In this document: positions 33,620 to 43,053 of the stretch, piece after piece
Layout of the letters: each line of letters begins with the position of its first letter
Numbering within the stretch: the first letter of the stretch is position 1
Origin: Blastocatellia bacterium
Lineage (GTDB): Bacteria; Acidobacteriota; Blastocatellia; RBC074
Length of the DNA stretch: 44,292 nt
Assembly (NCBI GenBank): GCA_031423535.1
Contig: JANPFS010000166.1
Span: 1 to 44,292 of the forward strand
Direction: 5' to 3'
The notes under the pieces: generated by a model
Seen by the model: only the letters and a program-made list of their open reading frames with translations
Told to the model about the DNA's origin: nothing
Databases searched by the model: none
Position numbers and translations under genes: made by a program

Positions 33620-34003
33620 ATGGCAATTACAGTTGACACCATCACCAAGCGAGGCTTCCACTACGTGGCAACCTTTGACTTTCCTCACGATGGAAGCAAC
33701 CCATCTCTCCCCTGGCGCGGACGTCTCGAATTTTTCAACGCTACGATGCGTTGCTATTTCGCCGAAACGTTGCTGGATGCGTTTTCAGGGGAAACGCAAT
33801 TCGTGATCAAAGTCTTCTGGTCAGACCTTCCACCGGTTGTCCATTCGGCCTACAAGCTCCAAACAGGTCAAACATTCTATCTGTCCGTTCCCGCTGACAA
33901 AGTGGCACTCCTTCGCCGTCACGCGAACGCTCTCGTCTTACTTGATGATCAAGCGGATGTGTTGGACTTTTCGCGGGACTATTCGCTACTCAAGACTGGC
34001 TGA
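33620..34003 (+). CDS. hypothetical protein (127 aa)
   Basis: ORF track. The only plus-strand ORF in this stretch. Converges on, and overlaps by 25 bp, the DUF4031-like gene. Confidence 0.4.
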   Translation: MAITVDTITKRGFHYVATFDFPHDGSNPSLPWRGRLEFFNATMRCYFAETLLDAFSGETQFVIKVFWSDLPPVVHSAYKLQTGQTFYLSVPADKVALLRRHANALVLLDDQADVLDFSRDYSLLKTG

Positions 34004-34308
34004 AGTGCGACCGTGCGCCGAAATAACTTGACCGCCTTTATTGGCGTCATCTCCTCCGCCCCTGCTCGTAACGCCAACTCCCGCTTATTTCGTGTCAACT
34101 GGTAATACGTCGTCCATCCCACCACGCGCGCCCATTCCAGTTTCATCCCCAATGTTGCGGTAGCAAACTGGTGCAGTTCTGCTTCACTATCGGCTGTCAA
34201 ATGACAACTATCGCCGTAATGCCAATCCTGGCTTGGTTTCGTTCTAGTTAATTGATCCACGAAGATCATCGGTCGGTCGCTTCTTTCAGTGATAATTTTC
34301 AAAGGCAA
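33979..34308 (-). CDS. DUF4031-like protein
   Basis: WHYGDSCHLTADSEAELHQFATATLGMKLEW...YYQLTRNKRELALRAGA matches my memory of the DUF4031 pattern (W.H...D..eELh.fA..lGl...w....hYDl....r..Al..GA). Confidence 0.5.
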   Translation of the reverse strand: MPLKIITERSDRPMIFVDQLTRTKPSQDWHYGDSCHLTADSEAELHQFATATLGMKLEWARVVGWTTYYQLTRNKRELALRAGAEEMTPIKAVKLFRRTVALQPVLSSE

Positions 34309-35464
34309 ATTCTGCCTGGGCTACTGGTGGCACGTTGACGATGGTTGGTCGCTTTTGTGCCTCCAGGCGCTGCCTCTCCACATACCGCTCCATTATTTCT
34401 TTCACGGTCTGGTATCTGAATTCGATTTGTAACAATCGCCCAATTTGTTGTCGGGCCTGCACCAATTGCTCGCACTGCTCTCGTGTCGGTAACGCCGTGC
34501 TTGTTCCTTTTTGGAAACGTAGTTCGGGCGCAAGTGTCGCTTCAATGGCTTTGCGTTGGATGGCCTTTTGCTTCGCTTCGATCAAGCGGGTGCGCATCTC
34601 TGGTGTCAGCCGTTCCGGTTCTACGTCGCCTAACCACCGATTGGGCTGAAACGAAAACGTAGACTCCACCTCCAATGCCACAATCCGCCGATAAGCACTG
34701 TCGTTCCCCTCGTCTTTCAAACTGGCTTGCAAATCGTGCAAGCTGCTCAACACGCAAAACGAACAACTCACGCGCGAGTTGCCGTTCTTCGTATACGCCC
34801 GATGCAACGGAAAGTTGTGTTGCTCGTGCAGGCTCATCACTTCATGCACTTGCCATTCGAGAATTGGAAACCAATCACGCCCACTTGTCCCGTCCGCGCG
34901 CTTCAGTTTGAGGTTTTCTTGTGAGATCGGCTTTTTCGCGCGACTCGCCGATTCGTTCCGCCGCAATCCCACTACATTGAGAATTTGTTGTCCCGGAAAC
35001 CGTCGCGTAAGCTCCTGCGTGATCGGCGCAACCTTTAACTCCGACGTGCAAAACCTCCACTGTGCGCTGCTGAATGGACTCAACAACGTGATCGTTTCCA
35101 GATGATGATAGCGCGTTAGATTATTGTGCCATCGTTGCTCCCACCGCTCCAACATATCGCCTTGCTTACGACGCACCACAATCAATTTCATCCCGACACG
35201 TTCCCCTAATCTACGACATTGTAGTAGGGAATCACTATGTTCGATTTGACCGAGATGGGCGTGAATCAACACTTGCGTCCCTTGATGCCCGACATCTTTT
35301 AGAAAATTATTGGTGAGAATTGCTGCTGCATCCGAGTCTTTCCCGCCGCTTACGCCTATCGCAACTACACAGTTACTCGTAATCATCTGTGCCGTTGGTT
35401 CGTCAATTGTCAGCCGATGCGTTTCAGCAAGCTGAATGATCTTTGCAATTTTGTCTGATGGCAT
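34286..35464 (-). CDS. PAPS-reductase-like / DndC-like PP-loop ATPase
   Basis: PP-loop in VVAIGVSGGKDSDAAAIL, plus VGLRRNESASRAKKP. Start trimmed to Met24 of the track ORF (ATG 35464). Confidence 0.7.
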   Translation of the reverse strand: MPSDKIAKIIQLAETHRLTIDEPTAQMITSNCVVAIGVSGGKDSDAAAILTNNFLKDVGHQGTQVLIHAHLGQIEHSDSLLQCRRLGERVGMKLIVVRRKQGDMLERWEQRWHNNLTRYHHLETITLLSPFSSAQWRFCTSELKVAPITQELTRRFPGQQILNVVGLRRNESASRAKKPISQENLKLKRADGTSGRDWFPILEWQVHEVMSLHEQHNFPLHRAYTKNGNSRVSCSFCVLSSLHDLQASLKDEGNDSAYRRIVALEVESTFSFQPNRWLGDVEPERLTPEMRTRLIEAKQKAIQRKAIEATLAPELRFQKGTSTALPTREQCEQLVQARQQIGRLLQIEFRYQTVKEIMERYVERQRLEAQKRPTIVNVPPVAQAEFAFENYH

Positions 35465-35513
35465 GGTGTGAAGTTTGGAAGGCAGGCGAGGTCTTGTGTA
35501 GAGAATGGCATTG

Positions 35514-36122
35514 CTAGAACCGTTCGCTATCAAATTGCGCGACCGTCATCATCTTGGCGAAGTATTGTTCGCCTACTTTCTTACAGGCCAGATACACGCC
35601 CTGGCCTTCAGCCGTGTGCGTATACGGCTCACCGCTCAGAAACCCGTTGGTACGATAGCGTTTTGGTGGGACGCATCCCAGGTAATGCTCGTATTGTTCT
35701 TGCCCAACCTCGCGCCACATCGGCACGAACTGATTCAAATCGAACACGACCACCGGCGAAATAAAATCCAACACCGACGGATGATTGCACTGCCTGATGC
35801 AGTGATAGGTGGTCTCGCCGTTTTCGTATCGTTGCACGACGATACTCGCCGGACTCGCCAGAAACCCTTTCAGTAAGTCTGACGTATTCGCGTGAATCCC
35901 AATCCGCTCATCCCCGCTCGTAATCATCCCGCCATTCAATTTATATGCGAACCACGTCCCGTGACGGTCAATCAAGATCGTGTGCGAGGCTTGCCCGGTT
36001 GTCATTCCATAGCGTTCTTGCTGAATGCCGTAGCTCTCAACTTTCGCGTCGTGTTCGGTTATGAATTGCTGCGGATTGAGAAAGCTGTCGGGTGAGAGTG
36101 CTTGAATTTCTTTGTCGTCCAT
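35514..36122 (-). CDS. hypothetical protein (202 aa)
   Basis: ORF track, trimmed to Met24 (ATG 36122). Shares a 20-nt leader with the preceding gene. Confidence 0.5.
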   Translation of the reverse strand: MDDKEIQALSPDSFLNPQQFITEHDAKVESYGIQQERYGMTTGQASHTILIDRHGTWFAYKLNGGMITSGDERIGIHANTSDLLKGFLASPASIVVQRYENGETTYHCIRQCNHPSVLDFISPVVVFDLNQFVPMWREVGQEQYEHYLGCVPPKRYRTNGFLSGEPYTHTAEGQGVYLACKKVGEQYFAKMMTVAQFDSERF

Positions 36123-36175
36123 GGTGTGAGAATTTGGGAAAGAAAAGGAATCGTTAACGTGTTGTCGCAGGCTTG

Positions 36176-36667
36176 TTAGTCGCGGCGGCACAAGAAGGGC
36201 AAGTGTTCACCGGCGGCATAGGCAGCTTCCAGCTTGGCCTTGACCCACTCGGCAAATGCAATATTGCGCGGATCATTCGCGTTCCCACAATCGGCCAGTC
36301 CCTTGACCATCGTCGGAACATTCCAACTAAGATTGATGACTTGGTAGGTCGTATTGTTCGGGCCATTGCGCGGATTTCGCGTGATCTCGAATTCCGGGAC
36401 AGGTTTGGTGAACGTTTCGCCCATAATTGTTTCGAGAAAGTTGGTGGTCTGAGTAGCGGCAAATTCAGGAAGCGTTGCATGCTGATCAATCTCTTCGATC
36501 ACTCCCTCGTACGCCGCTTTTGCCTCCGGCCAGAAATTATTCTCCGTGAAAACTTCAGCTTCACCATGCCTGCGGTAATAGGCTTCGTAGAATTCTTCAT
36601 CATCGGTGTGGATGCAAAGGCCGATCACGTACTCTTTGTACGCTCTTTCACTGTTAGCAACGATCAT
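36176..36667 (-). CDS. hypothetical protein (163 aa)
   Basis: ORF track. Co-directional with its neighbours. AAAGAG SD-like sequence upstream. Confidence 0.5.
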   Translation of the reverse strand: MIVANSERAYKEYVIGLCIHTDDEEFYEAYYRRHGEAEVFTENNFWPEAKAAYEGVIEEIDQHATLPEFAATQTTNFLETIMGETFTKPVPEFEITRNPRNGPNNTTYQVINLSWNVPTMVKGLADCGNANDPRNIAFAEWVKAKLEAAYAAGEHLPFLCRRD

Positions 36668-36796
36668 AAATCTCTTTCGTTATTTGATCCTGGCGCAAAT
36701 GGAATTTACGTTTAGCTAAATGGGAAACCCGTTCGAGGTCGTCCGTTACTCCAGCTAAATCGCCGAAGTTAAAGTCTTCCGCGTGGCAAGGCGAAT

Positions 36797-37213
36797 CTAT
36801 TGACTAAAGGCCAAGGACTGTTCGTCGTCAATCAGCACTTCGTCAAAATTCCACGAGTGGGGCTGGTGTCCGACGACGACTACGCGCAACTCGTGAATGC
36901 CCACTGCGGCCAGTCGAAAAACGAGTTCGGTGTCGTTCGTTACCATAGATAAGTCGCCAAAGTTGAAGTCTTCAGATGATTGGTTCCAGGCTTCCTGTCC
37001 CGCCGTTGTCGTTTGTACCCAGTCGCTCAATGCGTTGCGCAACTTTGTCTTGAATGACTCCTCCTCTATATCTGTCGGATCGTCTACCGTCGCTGTAATC
37101 ATCGCGCTAGTGATCAGAGAGTGTCTTTCGATTCGCGTGGCGAAGAACGAGACCTCCGTGCGCTTTGGTGCAGTTTGATTCGCAGTGTCGGGGTTATTTT
37201 GTTGATTGCCCAT
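36797..37213 (-). CDS. hypothetical protein (138 aa)
   Basis: ORF track. Co-directional with its neighbours. Confidence 0.5.
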   Translation of the reverse strand: MGNQQNNPDTANQTAPKRTEVSFFATRIERHSLITSAMITATVDDPTDIEEESFKTKLRNALSDWVQTTTAGQEAWNQSSEDFNFGDLSMVTNDTELVFRLAAVGIHELRVVVVGHQPHSWNFDEVLIDDEQSLAFSQ

Positions 37214-37255
37214 ATGTGATGAATTGTCCGATGCTTGAATGTCGTTGAGAAATGC

Positions 37256-37840
37256 CTATTTGACTGCCAAGCGCTCAATGGCTGCTGTACCCAAAAGTTG
37301 ATGATCGAACCCGCGATTGCCGTGTGCGCAAATGTACATTTCGGTGAGCCGAATGAGATCGTCAGTCGTGTGGATTGTCATGGGAAGGCCTCGCGTCCCG
37401 TCGCACTTCTCACGCTCCCGAATGAAGATTGATCCCCCTTCCGCTTTCATTTCTTCCACCGTGCGGGCATTCTTCATCGCCCGTTCAAAGAACTTCTGGT
37501 ACATCCGAAAGCTACATTTGGAAGTATCTTTGCCTGACAATGTGACAGCGGCGTAATAGCCATACTGCGCATCGTCGTACACGTCCCAGTTTGGATTTGT
37601 GACGAGATGCTCGTCATTGCTTTTGATTAAGGAATCTCGGTAGCTGACGAGGTTTGCTTTGATTTCATCTTCAGTAGCGAACGGATGTCCGTCGGTGGTC
37701 ACGGAACGGTCAATGACCCAATCGCGCGCGCACCGTCCTGATATTGTCTCGTAACAATTGTTGTCGCCTCTTTCCACCATTGGCAGAAATTGGTCGCCCG
37801 CTTTGATGAACAACGATCGGTAATAAATGCTGTAACTCAT
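37256..37840 (-). CDS. hypothetical protein (194 aa)
   Basis: ORF track, trimmed to the internal Met (MSYSIYYRS...). Confidence 0.5.
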   Translation of the reverse strand: MSYSIYYRSLFIKAGDQFLPMVERGDNNCYETISGRCARDWVIDRSVTTDGHPFATEDEIKANLVSYRDSLIKSNDEHLVTNPNWDVYDDAQYGYYAAVTLSGKDTSKCSFRMYQKFFERAMKNARTVEEMKAEGGSIFIREREKCDGTRGLPMTIHTTDDLIRLTEMYICAHGNRGFDHQLLGTAAIERLAVK

Positions 37841-37974
37841 ATTTGATAAAGGTGTCGGGGTGGTGTACTTGCTGCTTTGGTGTCGCAGCCGCAACTATTC
37901 GTCTACGATTTTAGATTCAGGCTGTGCCACCACTTTGATGAATCACCATCCCACCTTCCACCCTTTTTTTCTCG

Positions 37975-38823
37975 TTACGGCAGTAGCAATTCCCAGCCCA
38001 CAGACCCGTAGGCATCGTTGATGTAGCGCACAACGTCAATCACTTTGTCCGTATCCCTACTGCCGATGAAGACTTGTCCATCGTCAACGCTGACTCCAAT
38101 CCCGCAGACTTCCCCAGCAATCTCGTCGTTGGGGTGACGCTTGATGACCGACGCAAAGCCCGATTCTCCCCAAAGGTTGGGCAGGATGCTTTCTGCCCCG
38201 GTCACCTCGCATTTGTATGGAACCAGATCGACCAGAATCGTGATGACCTCGCCTTCTTCCGCAACTCGCTTCTTTTCCTGCCGTCGCGCATATTCGCGCT
38301 CGTATGCGGCATTGGCATCCTTGGCTGCCTGCGCCGTCGCCTTAATCACCGACAAATCACCGAAGTATTCTTTCCGGTATGTGCCCATATCTTCGACGTA
38401 GGGAATCGTTTCTTCTTTGCCGTTGGCGTGTGTCAACACGAAGCTGGGCTGATCCTCTGCTGGCCATTCGGGATTCTCCATCTGGAGAATCCCGCAGTTG
38501 AAAACAACTTGGCTGAGCGGCCCAATGAACGGCCCATCAAAGCCCCAATCATCCAAGTTCTCATCTTTGCGCATGCGTCCGTGCCACGGGTTGAAATATA
38601 AAAACTTTGGTTCTGGTTGCTCTTCGTCTTCCGGTGCTGCGGGTGTCATCGTGACGGATTTCAAATCTGCCTCGTGTTTTGTTGCCACGAAGTGGAGGAT
38701 GTCGGTCGGGCAATCGCCTTCCTCGTCAGCCGTTTTCAAGTGAAAGCCGTAAGTGTTCGTGAACCATGCGGCTAAGGCGGACGTAGTTGTTCCGTCTGCA
38801 AATTGCAGGGTGAGATTGATCAT
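37975..38823 (-). CDS. hypothetical protein (282 aa)
   Basis: ORF track. Co-directional with its neighbours. Confidence 0.55.
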   Translation of the reverse strand: MINLTLQFADGTTTSALAAWFTNTYGFHLKTADEEGDCPTDILHFVATKHEADLKSVTMTPAAPEDEEQPEPKFLYFNPWHGRMRKDENLDDWGFDGPFIGPLSQVVFNCGILQMENPEWPAEDQPSFVLTHANGKEETIPYVEDMGTYRKEYFGDLSVIKATAQAAKDANAAYEREYARRQEKKRVAEEGEVITILVDLVPYKCEVTGAESILPNLWGESGFASVIKRHPNDEIAGEVCGIGVSVDDGQVFIGSRDTDKVIDVVRYINDAYGSVGWELLLP

Positions 38824-38899
38824 AAGTTGAGATTGTTTGTGATGATTGATTGTGTAGAATTGTTACTGATGGGTCGGTTCGGTTCGGACTGTCTGGCGG

Positions 38900-39577
38900 T
38901 CATTTGATCATCCGCACGAAAAGATGATGCTCGGATGGTAGGCACAGTTGAAATAGGCTGATGGACGTTCTTTGCGTCACCTTCTCATCCTCATAATTTA
39001 AGCCGTGCCGTCTAAGTGTAAGGTCGCCCAGATAATTCACCTCAGTGCATTCCCATGCACCATCGGCAAGTTGAAACCATTTCCCGACAAAGTCCTGCGC
39101 GACCAATATCCGCGCTCGGATTGCCGCCACCATTTTCTCTGAACCTTCAAATTGTGCGACCGCTTGTGTGCAAGCTTCTCGCTCAACTTGAATCGCCTCG
39201 TTGATTGCTCCTATTTCTGCAATCTTCAGACGCAACCAATCCAGGATTACTGACGGCACTTCTTCCAGCGCCGATAAGTAGGATCGGTGCGTTTCCCGCG
39301 TGTACTGTGATTTCAAGCCAGCCTGAATGTCTTCAAGCTGTTCCCTTTGCTCGGCATTTAGGAGTTCGGATAGTTGGCTCGTCGGTTTGGTTTCCACGAT
39401 TGCGGCAATGGATGGATTGGCGCGCATGGCACAGACAAGTGTTGGCGACGGATGCCAGTTCTTCTGCGCGTCCTGAATCAAATAGAAACGGCAAAAGTCG
39501 CTTGCCACCTCTGCATTGATGGCTGCGTCAAGATGGTCTGCCGCAGCTTGTAAATCTTCTTGGGTTAGGTTTCGCAT
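38900..39577 (-). CDS. hypothetical protein, paralogue of 39628..40038 with a C-terminal extension
   Basis: The N-terminal ~125 aa align with the neighbouring ORF (LTQEDLQAAADHLDAAINAEVA... against FTQDDLRAAADQLEAAIKAGVA...). Confidence 0.6.
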   Translation of the reverse strand: MRNLTQEDLQAAADHLDAAINAEVASDFCRFYLIQDAQKNWHPSPTLVCAMRANPSIAAIVETKPTSQLSELLNAEQREQLEDIQAGLKSQYTRETHRSYLSALEEVPSVILDWLRLKIAEIGAINEAIQVEREACTQAVAQFEGSEKMVAAIRARILVAQDFVGKWFQLADGAWECTEVNYLGDLTLRRHGLNYEDEKVTQRTSISLFQLCLPSEHHLFVRMIK

Positions 39578-39627
39578 TGTGTTGGTTTCTCGTGGGATGC
39601 TTGTTGAGTTGTTGGCCGTGATTACGT

Positions 39628-40038
39628 TTATGGATTGCAGGTAGATTGTTTTGGCACTCCTGAGTCACTCGCCACTTCTGCAATTTTCTGGCGCAACCAA
39701 TTGAGGATTAGCTGCGGGCTGTATTCAAACATTCCCGTGTACGACTTGTGGTTGTCGCGCGTAAATTCGTAGGCGAAGTTCGCCTGAATATCTTCAATCT
39801 GGTTTGATTGCTCTGCCGTCAGGATGTCGAGCAACCGCACGAATGGCTTCGTCCGTACGATCTCCGCCAGTTCAGGATTGATGCGAACGGCACAAATAAG
39901 CGCCGGGCATTGATACCAATTCCCCCGCTTATCTTGCGCCATGTAGAAATCGGCAAAGGTTTCTGCAACTCCGGCCTTGATGGCGGCTTCGAGTTGATCT
40001 GCCGCCGCTCGTAGATCGTCTTGGGTGAAATTGAACAT
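39628..40038 (-). CDS. hypothetical protein, paralogue of 38900..39577
   Basis: See above. The upstream leaders are also similar (GAAACCAAsACAATG). Confidence 0.6.
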   Translation of the reverse strand: MFNFTQDDLRAAADQLEAAIKAGVAETFADFYMAQDKRGNWYQCPALICAVRINPELAEIVRTKPFVRLLDILTAEQSNQIEDIQANFAYEFTRDNHKSYTGMFEYSPQLILNWLRQKIAEVASDSGVPKQSTCNP

Positions 40039-40125
40039 TGTCTTGGTTTCTGCTTGTTATTGGATTGTGGGTAATTGGCCGGTTTTTGGTCGGCTACCTG
40101 AATGTTTGGCTCGCCTGTTTCTGGG

Positions 40126-40419
40126 TTATTCCAACGTTCCGTAAGCTCGCGCGTAGTCCATGTACGTTTCGATCTTCGCCTGTTTTGCTATGAGTGCGGT
40201 CTTGTCGTTTGGGTTGAAGATGATTCCATCCGCGAGGCAGATGCCAATCACGGCGAGCAGGTCGGTGCATTCCTGCGTGAGCCGTTCTTTGTTTGTGTAC
40301 GGCTGTTCAGGCTGCGTCTCGTCCAGGCCGAACTGTGCCGCCTTGCTGACACGATGCGCCACCTCGTTGCACTCTTGCGCGAGTTGCCAGAGTAAATATT
40401 GTGTTCGGTCGTTCTTCAT
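40126..40419 (-). CDS. small all-alpha NTP pyrophosphohydrolase-like (MazG-like) protein
   Basis: Trimmed to Met50 of the track ORF. ExxE (QECNEV) and ExxD (QECTDLL) pairs are spaced as in MazG-type four-helix NTP-PPases. This is a weak motif-level call. Confidence 0.35.
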   Translation of the reverse strand: MKNDRTQYLLWQLAQECNEVAHRVSKAAQFGLDETQPEQPYTNKERLTQECTDLLAVIGICLADGIIFNPNDKTALIAKQAKIETYMDYARAYGTLE

Positions 40420-40421
40420 TT

Positions 40422-40643
40422 CTACTGTCCGATCTGAAACCACTTTGTGCAGTGTTCTCGAAGCTTGGCTTTGTTCAAGTTGAAAGACCAATGTCCCTGC
40501 GTGTACTTTGCCGTTTGCTTGGAAGTAAAGACGTCGGAAATAAGTGTTCCTTCGTCTATTGAGCAAAGGTGATTTGCGCTGTTATCCCAGATGATGCAAA
40601 GGTTGTTGCTCGGTTGATTTGGTGACTGGATTGTAATTTTCAT
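40422..40643 (-). CDS. hypothetical small protein (73 aa)
   Basis: Internal Met of track ORF 40422..40772. GGAG lies 5 nt upstream. This start avoids overlap with ORF 40673..40885. Confidence 0.4.
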   Translation of the reverse strand: MKITIQSPNQPSNNLCIIWDNSANHLCSIDEGTLISDVFTSKQTAKYTQGHWSFNLNKAKLREHCTKWFQIGQ

Positions 40644-40672
40644 CGCTGCTCCTTCATCCATCCCGCTCCCCT

Positions 40673-40885
40673 TTATTCCAGCAATTGTGCCTCGTCCTGG
40701 ATTGCTTCGGTGAGAGCAGGCAACAGCCCTCGTGCGAATTGGACATTGATGGCAGGTGTCTTGATGCGACATTGATCGGCCTCGCTCACGTAGGTTGCTA
40801 TGACTTCGGTGAGCAGTTTCGCGTCTTCGATGTTGAGCTTGATCGTAATGTCAACGACGGTGATGGTTCTGGTGATTTCTGGCAT
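40673..40885 (-). CDS. hypothetical small protein (70 aa)
   Basis: ORF track. Co-directional with its neighbours. Confidence 0.4.
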   Translation of the reverse strand: MPEITRTITVVDITIKLNIEDAKLLTEVIATYVSEADQCRIKTPAINVQFARGLLPALTEAIQDEAQLLE

Positions 40886-40921
40886 GTGCTTCTTTCTTGT
40901 ATGGGGCGGGATTGATAAATT

Positions 40922-41344
40922 CTAAGTGATTGGCGTTAGTACCACCAAAGTGTCGCGGATGTCTGCGATCAGCGACAACTCTTCTCGCCAGCGAGCCACT
41001 TGTTCATTCCAGGTTACGCAGATGGTTTTCTTTGATGGGATGATCTGGAGCGATTGTCTCGCCGCAATGTATTCTCGTCTTCGGGCTTCGTCCGTGACTC
41101 TCATTGCTAAAGACTGGGCCGATTGACTGGCCTGCCGAAAGTTTCTTTTCATCTCAACCATCTCTGCCCATCCGAATTCGTTGGCGATCTCGTCCGAGAT
41201 AAAGAAGATGGCATCGACGTTATCTACGAGACAGGCAGAGGCGACCTTATGTTCCCATTCGAGAAAGGCTTCCTTGCGTAGCGCGTGCCGACGGTTCAGT
41301 ATTAGTTTGATGGTGATGTAAGCTTGTTTGAGATGTTCTTTCAT
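40922..41344 (-). CDS. hypothetical protein (140 aa)
   Basis: ORF track. Co-directional with its neighbours. Confidence 0.5.
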   Translation of the reverse strand: MKEHLKQAYITIKLILNRRHALRKEAFLEWEHKVASACLVDNVDAIFFISDEIANEFGWAEMVEMKRNFRQASQSAQSLAMRVTDEARRREYIAARQSLQIIPSKKTICVTWNEQVARWREELSLIADIRDTLVVLTPIT

Positions 41345-41359
41345 GGTTGTTCCGGTTGA

Positions 41360-41881
41360 TTACGTTTCCCACCGCACTGGCGCTGTCTCGTAGGACAAAT
41401 ACAGCGGGTGACTGGGATTCCCATCGTTGTTCATTTTCAAGGTGTGCAAGATGATTTGTTCCTGCCTGAGTATTCCAGCAATTTGCGTTCCGCGCTCTTT
41501 CAGCTTGCCATGTGACCCCCACGCGCAAATTACTGTCGCCGATTCATGACACGCTTCGACGATCGCTTTGTCGTTCCCCTTGCCAATCGGATCAGGATGC
41601 GTGTACAGCGCTTGTGGGTTGGTTGACCGTAATGCAAATAAGTTGACGATCTGCACTCCGCCATACCCGCCCCGTCGCGCCCGCTGCTCGCACCGCTCCA
41701 CCGTCGGATCATTCTTCGCTTCATCTGCCGTCGAAGGATTCAGCATCACGAAACAAAGGAATGGCTTCTTGCTGTCCCACTGCCGCCATAATCGAAACCG
41801 ATACCCCTCGCAATTGCTAAAGATCGCCGTGCTTTTCGTTTCGCTCAGTAACGTAGAGTGTGTGAATGTTTTGATAATCAT
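41360..41881 (-). CDS. DUF1643-family protein
   Basis: YRFRLWRQW...FLCFVMLNPSTADEAKNDPTVERC...GGYGGVQIVNLFALRSTNP...ICAWGSHG...NDGNPSHPLY matches the DUF1643 pattern as I remember it. Confidence 0.65.
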   Translation of the reverse strand: MIIKTFTHSTLLSETKSTAIFSNCEGYRFRLWRQWDSKKPFLCFVMLNPSTADEAKNDPTVERCEQRARRGGYGGVQIVNLFALRSTNPQALYTHPDPIGKGNDKAIVEACHESATVICAWGSHGKLKERGTQIAGILRQEQIILHTLKMNNDGNPSHPLYLSYETAPVRWET

Positions 41882-41951
41882 TGGAGAACTGGGTGTGTGG
41901 TGGTGGGCTTATGTTGATGGAAGAAGGAGAAAGAAAAGCGCGTCGTGCCAA

Positions 41952-42233
41952 TCAACCGCTAAACTCGAAATGACCGCCCCGCCGCGAGGATTGCCAGTGC
42001 AGTATCCAGAAGACTTTGTTTTCCTGGAGCGCGTCGATCAGTTCTTCGTTGCCGCTCCAACCGCCGGTGGAGAGGAAATACGTGCCGTCCTTTTCGGTGA
42101 AGCGTTCGGGATATTGCCAGGCCGCGCGCAGGAACGCCCACAAGCTGGCGCTATCGTTGATGTTCCAGTGGCGAATCGCGGTAAGGGTTTCTTCCGTCGG
42201 GTAGCCGTCGCTGTCAAACGTTGGCGCTGTCAT
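41952..42233 (-). CDS. hypothetical protein (93 aa)
   Basis: ORF track. GAGGA SD upstream. Confidence 0.5.
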   Translation of the reverse strand: MTAPTFDSDGYPTEETLTAIRHWNINDSASLWAFLRAAWQYPERFTEKDGTYFLSTGGWSGNEELIDALQENKVFWILHWQSSRRGGHFEFSG

Positions 42234-42284
42234 TTTATTTCCTCGTTGTTGGGGGATTGAGACGTACTGGATGCGCTTAGGCGT

Positions 42285-42554
42285 TCAGAGTAACGCGCGT
42301 AATAGAGATGCGAGGTCGTTTAAGTGCTCAATGGTGGAGCGACCGTCAAGCCGATCAATGGAGGCAATCGCACTGTTCCCGGAAAACAAAACGAATTGGT
42401 TGGGTTTGGCAGTAAGCTGGTATCTCTGCTGCGCGGCGGCTTGTTGAAAGGCACGAAATCGTTCCGCGTCGTGCCCGGAGAGTTCGTTGTGCTTCTTTTT
42501 CTTTTTGCTCATGGTGAAATTTGGGTACAGTGATGGGTTGTTGTTGAATGGCAA
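42285..42554 (-). CDS. hypothetical protein (89 aa)
   Basis: ORF track. Co-directional with its neighbours. Confidence 0.4.
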   Translation of the reverse strand: MPFNNNPSLYPNFTMSKKKKKHNELSGHDAERFRAFQQAAAQQRYQLTAKPNQFVLFSGNSAIASIDRLDGRSTIEHLNDLASLLRALL

Positions 42555-42599
42555 GCCAGGCTTGGAAGTTTCGCGCCTGCTGCTAGAAGTTAACTATTC

Positions 42600-42995
42600 T
42601 TACTCTGGGTCAATGGGCGAACTGGAAATAATGGCCTCGTTCGTCGTTTGCCGTATCGCTTTCGCTAACGAGTATCGGTGCCCGCTTCCATCAAACGGAA
42701 TCGCATTCGGATGCGCCTTGCTCAGTTCAGCCAGCGTTTTGAAATAGCTGTACTCGCTCTTTGGCCAAAACTTCGGACTGAACTCTGCAACGGTGGCAAC
42801 CCAGTATCGAAACCCTTGCGCTCTTTGGCGGCTGTATCGCTCCAACTCGCCAAAGAACGCCTTGCCTGCAATATTGCTGGCATCCACGCCCCACATCCCG
42901 ATTGGCCCCCAGCGATGCACGCTGATTTCGTAGCCTTTCCAGATGATCGTGCGTTGTGGAAATGTGGGCTTATTGTCTTCTGTTGGTTGAGTCAT
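42600..42995 (-). CDS. hypothetical protein (131 aa)
   Basis: ORF track. Co-directional with its neighbours. Confidence 0.5.
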   Translation of the reverse strand: MTQPTEDNKPTFPQRTIIWKGYEISVHRWGPIGMWGVDASNIAGKAFFGELERYSRQRAQGFRYWVATVAEFSPKFWPKSEYSYFKTLAELSKAHPNAIPFDGSGHRYSLAKAIRQTTNEAIISSSPIDPE

Positions 42996-43053
42996 CGCGC
43001 GTGTTGGTCTTTCCGGCTGTGTGGAGGTTTGTCGTTGTCTGATGAATTTGCCG

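Noticed and set aside
41568-42260. 230-aa plus-strand ORF spanning two minus-strand genes
   Set aside because: It lies antisense to the well-supported DUF1643-like gene and to ORF 41952..42233. It has no motifs and crosses an intergenic gap.
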